Positions 58,036 through 64,000 of a stretch of 64,000 nt of DNA are shown piece by piece (position 1 is the stretch's first letter; each line of letters begins with the position of its first letter). This DNA is from Candidatus Marinacidobacterales bacterium. GTDB taxonomy: Bacteria; Acidobacteriota; Vicinamibacteria; Marinacidobacterales; DATDRI01. The DNA is taken from contig OZ245365.1 of the NCBI GenBank assembly GCA_965226495.1, positions 2,688,001 through 2,752,000 of the forward strand, read 5' to 3'. A program made the translations under genes and the position numbers. The notes under the pieces were generated by a model, which did no database searches, was not told the origin of the DNA, and saw only the letters and a list, made by a program, of their open reading frames with translations.

Positions 58036-58635
58036 TTAGGCTTGCGAGATGGAAACACGAGCGCGGAGCTCGCGAATCCCGGGGCCGAGGGAGGTGCTCA
58101 ACGTAGCTCCGTGTTCCACTCCAGCCGGGATCGAAAAACTGACTCGACGGTACCGCTTTACTTCACCGGTTCCGTCGCACTCCCAGCACCAAACCATGAA
58201 GCCCTGTCCAGTCCCCTCGCAGGCGTCGCAGTTTTCCCCAACCCGGACTTCGAAGCTGAGCGTCCCGCCTTGCCGCGCCTCCTCGGGAGACAGAACAATC
58301 TCCGCTGCAGAGTCGACGGCGCGGTTCCGACTTCCCCACCGCGGGCGCTTCGGTGTCGAGAGAGGCTCGAACCACGGCTCCGCAACCGAACCCGCCCCGC
58401 CCCCGTAGCTGGCCGGGATCTCAACTCCGAACGTGAGATCGTAGGCTCTCCTCCTATCGGGACTGGCCAACGTCTCGTAGGCTTCTTGAATATCGCGAAA
58501 CTGCGCGGCGTCATCGGACCCTTCGACGTCCGGGTGGAATTGTCGAGCGAGACGGCGGTAGGCGCTTTTGATTTCCTCCAGAGAGGCGGCGGCGGTCACG
58601 CCCAGAATGAAGTAGTAGTTCTTGGGTTTGCTCAT
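58036..58635 (-). CDS. Short DnaJ-domain protein
   Basis: NYYFILGV, HPD, CDACEGTG/CWECDGTG. Confidence 0.88.
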   Translation of the reverse strand: MSKPKNYYFILGVTAAASLEEIKSAYRRLARQFHPDVEGSDDAAQFRDIQEAYETLASPDRRRAYDLTFGVEIPASYGGGAGSVAEPWFEPLSTPKRPRWGSRNRAVDSAAEIVLSPEEARQGGTLSFEVRVGENCDACEGTGQGFMVWCWECDGTGEVKRYRRVSFSIPAGVEHGATLSTSLGPGIRELRARVSISQA

Positions 58636-60764
58636 CAAGACTCTACGCCGGCTCGAACGAGATGGTATCCCGCGACTCTGTTTCGGCCCGTCTCCTTGGC
58701 GAAGTACAGAGCCCTATCGGCGTTCTCGACCAGACTCTCCGCAGTGTCCGCATCCTCGGGCAGCAAGGCCCAGCCGACGCTCGCCGTGACGCGATGCGAA
58801 CCGCCCCCGGGATGAATCCTCGCCGAGCCAACCGCTTTCCAAATGCGCTGAGCGAACTCCTGCGCACCCTCGTAAGTTGCGTGGGAGAGCAACACCACGA
58901 ACTCCTCACCACCATAGCGTGCTAAAACGTCCCCCTTACGCAAGGTCCCGTGAAGCACGTCAGCGATCTTCTTCAGCACCGTGTCACCCAGGGCATGCCC
59001 AAACGTATCGTTCAGGTCTTTGAAGTGATCGATATCCAGAAGCAGCAACGCGATGCTGCTCGCACCGCGGTCGGCTCGCGACATCTCTCTCTCCAAAGCC
59101 TGCTGGAAGTAACGGCGGTTGAAGAGACCGGTCAAGGCATCGGTGACCGCCATTTGCTCCACTCGTCCGTAGACCCGCGCGTTCTCTAGCGCAATCGCGG
59201 CCTGGTTGCACAGAACACGCACCAGTCTCACTTCATTCGAGGAAAAAGCCCTTGCCTTGCGAGTGAGTAGGAGGACACCGGAAACACGATTCTTGGCGAG
59301 AAGTGGCATTCCTAGGAAACCCGATCCCAGATGCACGCGCTCGCCGGGGTACAACACCGGCATGCCGGTCCGAAGCTGAAAGCGAATCGTCTGGGGTTCT
59401 TCCTGAGCTCTCAAGATCCATCCCGCCCAGGTGCGTGCACCCAGAGGAAACTGCGACCCCCTAATTTTTTGCGGGTAACCCTCCGCGACCGGCACCGAGA
59501 ACGTATCTTCCCCTTCTTCGCACAGGCAGATCGCGCAGGTCTCGAAATCGGTCACCTCTCCACAGAAGCTGACGATCTCTTGGAGAGTTTGCTCCGCCCT
59601 AAGTCCCTGAGCGAGCGATGCACTCGCCTGGTAGAGACGACGGAACTCATTAGAGAGGATATCGAGCTCGGACAACTGCCGGGTCGACGAGAGCCATTGG
59701 CGCATGTGCTCGGCGAACTCGCGGGTGAGCTGTTGACGTGCTTCGTTGAAGTGGCCGGGCTCTTCGTGATCCAAGACGAGGATCCATTGCGGCCCGCCTT
59801 GGTCACGAAAGGGAATGGCGATCAAAGAGTGTAGTTCTGGCTGCCTCGCGGGGCCAGATTTGTGGGGATACCAGGGAAACGAAGGTAAAGGGCGCCTCTT
59901 TTCCGTCACTGAGAGCACTCGCTCGTCGCGAAGAACGTCGCTAAGGAGGCCTCCTACAAGAGAGACACGTTGTCCGGACTTCTCCGCGGACGGCCCCGAT
60001 GCCAGTCGAACAATGAACCCAGTGGTACCGGGATCGGCTCGCAAGAGAAACGCGCCATAGGACTCCGTGGTTTTTCGCACCAGCCCCAAGAGCGCACCCA
60101 ATCGACTATCGATGGCCCGGACATACTCCACCCGCCCGAGCCGCTTGCCTGCTTCCGAAAGAGGCGACGTGGTCTCCCCTTCCTCCTCTCGATCATCTCC
60201 CTCATCTCGCTCGAGCTCCTGCAGTCCTTGATTGAGCCGCATGAGTTCTTCTTCCACTTGCTGCGACCTTCGTTGTTTGGTCCACTCCAGAAAACCAATC
60301 CCGGCCGCGGCGACGGATGCCAAACCGAGTAGGCGAACCAAATCCGGAAGACCGGCCGCGGGATGAACCGCCCAGTTCGAAATCTCCAACGTGAAGATAA
60401 CCCCGACGAGGGCGGCGACGGTGCGCGGCAAGTAGGCAACCGCGGTGAAGCCGACCAGAATGAGGTAAAGCGCCTGCCACGGTGAGTTGAGACCACCGGT
60501 CAGCTGAACGACGAAATTCACACCGATCGCCAGGACCGCCAGGAGCGCGAGCTCGTTCCAGGCACCGGTTCGTTTGACGGCCAAACGAAGGGACGTGACC
60601 ACGAGACCCAAGAGGAGCAGCATCAAGAAGAAGACGCGCCACACTCCGCCGCCGATCCGTGGGTCGAGTAGTCTCCAAGTTAGACTCTGATCCGAGAACA
60701 GACTAGCCGACCCCAGCGCAAGGAGCGCTGCCACCATGGCTATGGTCAGTGTCGCTCGGCGCAC
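58635..60764 (-). CDS. Membrane diguanylate cyclase with two GAF domains
   Basis: TDALTGLFNRR, DIDHFK, RKGD I-site, GGEEF. Confidence 0.93.
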   Translation of the reverse strand: MRRATLTIAMVAALLALGSASLFSDQSLTWRLLDPRIGGGVWRVFFLMLLLLGLVVTSLRLAVKRTGAWNELALLAVLAIGVNFVVQLTGGLNSPWQALYLILVGFTAVAYLPRTVAALVGVIFTLEISNWAVHPAAGLPDLVRLLGLASVAAAGIGFLEWTKQRRSQQVEEELMRLNQGLQELERDEGDDREEEGETTSPLSEAGKRLGRVEYVRAIDSRLGALLGLVRKTTESYGAFLLRADPGTTGFIVRLASGPSAEKSGQRVSLVGGLLSDVLRDERVLSVTEKRRPLPSFPWYPHKSGPARQPELHSLIAIPFRDQGGPQWILVLDHEEPGHFNEARQQLTREFAEHMRQWLSSTRQLSELDILSNEFRRLYQASASLAQGLRAEQTLQEIVSFCGEVTDFETCAICLCEEGEDTFSVPVAEGYPQKIRGSQFPLGARTWAGWILRAQEEPQTIRFQLRTGMPVLYPGERVHLGSGFLGMPLLAKNRVSGVLLLTRKARAFSSNEVRLVRVLCNQAAIALENARVYGRVEQMAVTDALTGLFNRRYFQQALEREMSRADRGASSIALLLLDIDHFKDLNDTFGHALGDTVLKKIADVLHGTLRKGDVLARYGGEEFVVLLSHATYEGAQEFAQRIWKAVGSARIHPGGGSHRVTASVGWALLPEDADTAESLVENADRALYFAKETGRNRVAGYHLVRAGVES

Positions 60765-60770
60765 GATCCC

Positions 60771-61589
60771 TCAGGACCTCCGCTCGCTATCTGAGGACGG
60801 CGCGGACAACGCCTCTAAACAAAAGGAGAGCGAGCTCGCCACAGAGCCAGCCAGTCGGTTCACGAGCGGTAGCGTCTCGAACACCATCGCTCGTTTCACC
60901 TCTTCGCGAACTACCTCCGCATCATCCAACCGGAGAAAAAACGGTGGGTAACGATCCGCGAATGCGAAGAAGCTCAAGAGAAGATGCCCGGTACGGAAGT
61001 TACCGTGCTCAAACGGCGAAATTTCCAACAACCGCGCGAAGGCGAGAGCGGCCTTTTCAGGAGGATGCATGCCGCGTCCGCTCTCGACACTGAGCCAGTC
61101 GCAAAGATTCGCGACCTTGTCTGAAATGAGTTCCGGTCGCGAAGGTGTGGTACCGGCGAACTGCACCGGAATCGGCTCGGTCCGGTAGGCCCCGTCGGAA
61201 CCAGGCGTGGAGAGACGATGGACCTCCCGGAGAAGACTGTCGGTTAGCCCGGGGCTCGACTCGGCCCCCTGCCGAATGGTGCTCAACGCCTCAAACTGCC
61301 CCCGAATGAGGTCGACGAGGTCTCTTTGTTCCACTTCCCCTTCGGCTCCCCCGGCCTGCACGGCCGCGACCGCGTGTCTGGCCACGGGTGCCCCGGTAAG
61401 GCGGAGCGTCTCGAAAACGCACTCACCAAGCAGTTTTTCGAGGCAGTCCGCGAATCTTCGTGGTTGGTCGCTCGCTCGCTGGAGCAGCGTGTCTCTCTGG
61501 CGTCCCAAGGCAAGCCCGTGGGTCTCACTCCGCTCCGGGTACAGCGGTAGGTTCTGCATGACGCCACGGGTCCGCTCGAATTCAGTCAC
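60771..61589 (-). CDS. Fic-domain protein with degenerate catalytic motif
   Basis: LLREVHR, ISPFEHGNFRTGH. Confidence 0.8.
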   Translation of the reverse strand: MTEFERTRGVMQNLPLYPERSETHGLALGRQRDTLLQRASDQPRRFADCLEKLLGECVFETLRLTGAPVARHAVAAVQAGGAEGEVEQRDLVDLIRGQFEALSTIRQGAESSPGLTDSLLREVHRLSTPGSDGAYRTEPIPVQFAGTTPSRPELISDKVANLCDWLSVESGRGMHPPEKAALAFARLLEISPFEHGNFRTGHLLLSFFAFADRYPPFFLRLDDAEVVREEVKRAMVFETLPLVNRLAGSVASSLSFCLEALSAPSSDSERRS

Positions 61590-61705
61590 TGATGCCGATT
61601 GCTTTGTCCGTGATTGTACCTCACAGTCGGCGCGGAAACCACACGCAGCAGGCGAGATAGGGAGATGTCCGGGGCGAGAGCTCGTGTCTGGGGCCGCGTC
61701 TCGCG

Positions 61706-61820
61706 ACGGGATGAGGAAGGTAACGATGGTCTCTTCGTCCGTTACTCCCTCTCCCTCTGGAGAGTTGGGCGTCAGAATAGGATCTGCTCAATATCAAAGT
61801 GGCCAGACGCCGGGTGAGGG
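61706..61820. repeat. Inverted copy of the 57921 REP unit, interrupted by a 32-bp core in a 6-bp stem
   Basis: ggtaacgatggtctcttcgtccgttactccctctccctctggagag...ccgggtgaggg matches the reverse complement of the 57921-57990 region. Confidence 0.8.
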
Positions 61821-61860
61821 TCGGCGGGCGCCTAAAGCGGAGGTCCTAACGCGCCCGAAG

Positions 61861-62565
61861 TTAGTCAGGGGCGGGGAAAATTTGCAGTAGGTCTTCGAAG
61901 CGTTCGATCACGCGCAGGCGCTCGTCTTCGGCCACCTCTTCGTGCTCTAGCTCCCATGTTAGAGGATGCGGAATCAAGATGGCGTTGAGTCCGGCTTTTA
62001 GCGCAGGGTTCACGTCGGAGGCAGGGCTGTTGCCCACCATCCAGGTCTTTTGCGGTTGGAGCCGGTACCGCTCGACGAGCCCACTGTAAGCGCTTGCGTC
62101 CTTTTCGGGCGTCACCTCCACGTGGTCGAAGTAAGGCGAGATACCACTGCGCTCCACCTTGCGCCATTGCTCGGGGGGGTGCCCTTTGGTGAACATGATG
62201 AGGCGGAATCGATCCCGAAGACTTACGAGTGTCGGCTTGACGCCCGGTAAAAACTCGATGGGAATGTTCGCCACGCGATCGGCCAGAGAGTCGATGACTT
62301 TCATTTCCGAGTCCGTGGCGGGGCCACCGGCCAGCGACTCTAGAGTTTCCCGCAACGACCTCGCGTAGCATTGAGAGCCGTAGCCGTAGAGCGGAACATT
62401 TTTTCTCTCCACCTCGGTAAGGCGCCGTCGCGCCGGGCCTTTGCCGCCTCCTCGAGCTTCGACGAGCTCCAGGAAATGATCCGTCGCGCTTTCGTAGAAG
62501 GTGTTGTTCTCCCAAAGGGTATCGTCGGCATCGATAATGAGCGTTTCCTCTTTGGCGGGCTTCAA
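61861..62565 (-). CDS. HAD-family hydrolase
   Basis: DADDTLWEN, TKG, MVGNSPASD. Confidence 0.9.
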   Translation of the reverse strand: MKPAKEETLIIDADDTLWENNTFYESATDHFLELVEARGGGKGPARRRLTEVERKNVPLYGYGSQCYARSLRETLESLAGGPATDSEMKVIDSLADRVANIPIEFLPGVKPTLVSLRDRFRLIMFTKGHPPEQWRKVERSGISPYFDHVEVTPEKDASAYSGLVERYRLQPQKTWMVGNSPASDVNPALKAGLNAILIPHPLTWELEHEEVAEDERLRVIERFEDLLQIFPAPD

Positions 62566-62596
62566 TGTTTCCTCAGTGATCTTCCATTGGTCGAGC

Positions 62597-63442
62597 TTAT
62601 TGGTCGGGCTCGCCCGAGTTGGATGGCTTCGCGACCGCCTTGCGAGCCGCTTCGAAATGGCTTCCCATCCTGGTACTGGCTAGATCGGCGCGCGCTCCTT
62701 TGAGGCGGCGTTCCATCTCCGCGACCGCTTCCATCAGCATGTCCGCGTTACTCGAAAAAACGTCATTCCAAATAGTGGCGGAGCTCCCTGCGAGGCGAGA
62801 CAAGCTACGAAAGACAGGACCACCGAGCTCGGCACCTCGCTCCACCGACCCTGCTTGTTCGCACAAAACGAGAGCGAGGATTTGCGGTAACTGGCTGACG
62901 ACCGCAACCGCCCGATCATGTGTGGCGGCATCCACCGTAATCGGTTCGCCTCCCACTGCTCGAACAATCTCGCTGAGCTCTGAGATGCCTGTTGTTTCAT
63001 TTGACGCACTTGGGACGAGCGCCCAGGCAGCGCCTTGAAACAAATCGGGATCGGCTGCCCGCAGTCCGGAGGTGTCCTTCCCCGCCATCGGATGCCCTCC
63101 GACAAAGCGTACTTCATCGGGCAGAGCTTCGGCCGCCTTCATGACGGTTCTCTTGGTGCTCCCCAAATCCGTCACCAGGGAGCCGGAACGAAATGTCGAG
63201 GCGAGCTCACCGATATGCTCGACGATCGTCTTCACCGGTGCTCCCAAGACGACGATATCGGCGTCTCGAACCGCCTTTTCGGCGTCCACCTCCGTCTCGT
63301 CGACGACCGAAAGCTCACGAGCCTCTTCCAGAACGTCGGGTCCATCATTCCCCACCAACGTCCAGTCCGGCCGGGCGCGCTTCAACGCCATGGCCAGGGA
63401 ACCACCCATGAGCCCGAGTCCAACGATCGCAACGCGCTTCAT
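62597..63442 (-). CDS. tyrA: Prephenate/arogenate dehydrogenase
   Basis: GLGLMGGS, DLGSTK, GGHPMAG, HD...SQLP. Confidence 0.92.
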   Translation of the reverse strand: MKRVAIVGLGLMGGSLAMALKRARPDWTLVGNDGPDVLEEARELSVVDETEVDAEKAVRDADIVVLGAPVKTIVEHIGELASTFRSGSLVTDLGSTKRTVMKAAEALPDEVRFVGGHPMAGKDTSGLRAADPDLFQGAAWALVPSASNETTGISELSEIVRAVGGEPITVDAATHDRAVAVVSQLPQILALVLCEQAGSVERGAELGGPVFRSLSRLAGSSATIWNDVFSSNADMLMEAVAEMERRLKGARADLASTRMGSHFEAARKAVAKPSNSGEPDQ

Positions 63443-63446
63443 TGAT

Positions 63447-64000
63447 TCATTCGGCGGGTCGACGCTCGTTCGAAAGCTCCACCGGTGAGGTCACGGAACG
63501 CCCCAGAGCGGTGGCGATAATGCGTATCTCTTTCATGAGCCCTTGGAACTGCTCGGGGTACAGAGATTGCGCGCCATCGGATAGGGCTTGATCCGGATGA
63601 TTGTGCACTTCAATGAGTAGCCCGTCGGCACCGGCGGCGATCGCCGCCCGGGCCATCGGAACGACCTTTTCCCTTCGGCCTGTGCCGTGGCTCGGATCGA
63701 CGACGATCGGCAAGTGCGAAAGCTTTTCGATGATAGGGATCGCGGATAGATCGAGTGTATTCCGGGTGTATTTTTCGAAGGTGCGAATCCCCCGCTCGCA
63801 AAGGATAACCTGATGGTTTCCTCCGACCATCACGTACTCTGCAGAGAGAAGCCATTCTTCGATGGTTGCGGAGAGACCACGCTTGAGCAATACCGGCTTG
63901 TCCACCTTCCCCAGCTCCTTGAGCATGACGAAGTTCTGCATGTTGCGGGCGCCCACCTGAAGGATGTCGACGTATTGGGAGACTACCGGAATGTGCGTCG
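63447..64000 (-). CDS. aroF: DAHP synthase (type I-beta); 5' end lies outside the window
   Basis: [34 protein letters not shown]. Confidence 0.95.
   Translation of the reverse strand, partial: THIPVVSQYVDILQVGARNMQNFVMLKELGKVDKPVLLKRGLSATIEEWLLSAEYVMVGGNHQVILCERGIRTFEKYTRNTLDLSAIPIIEKLSHLPIVVDPSHGTGRREKVVPMARAAIAAGADGLLIEVHNHPDQALSDGAQSLYPEQFQGLMKEIRIIATALGRSVTSPVELSNERRPAE

Overview
A roughly 60% GC bacterial window. The gene repertoire (wHTH-TolB-TPR regulator, Ser/Thr kinase-beta-propeller receptors, DUF3604) suggests Acidobacteriota, but that assignment is inference. Intact core genes include hflKC, convergent valS/ileS, purA, trxAB, rsmA-rnj-uppP-ftsK-amidase and aroF-tyrA. A tRNA-Lys/tRNA-Glu pair at 29.3-29.5 kb heads an eroded accretion island of about 13-15 kb. 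The island holds three tRNA-Glu-related att remnants, a decayed tyrosine integrase with a tRNA-Thr att site, an IS3 element, an HNH gene and a tandem Ser/Thr kinase array with truncated copies ending at the att remnants. A second accessory block at 34-47 kb carries DUF3604, a sulfatase, a TonB receptor and a toxin-antitoxin pair. The most unusual observations are: (1) a same-length 32-bp non-palindromic core in short stems attached to two different REP-like families; (2) kinase genes or remnants beside every tRNA-Glu att remnant; (3) an IleRS with a KESKS motif and a ~110-aa insertion resembling a double-psi beta-barrel. All calls come from reading the sequence by eye; no database searches were run.
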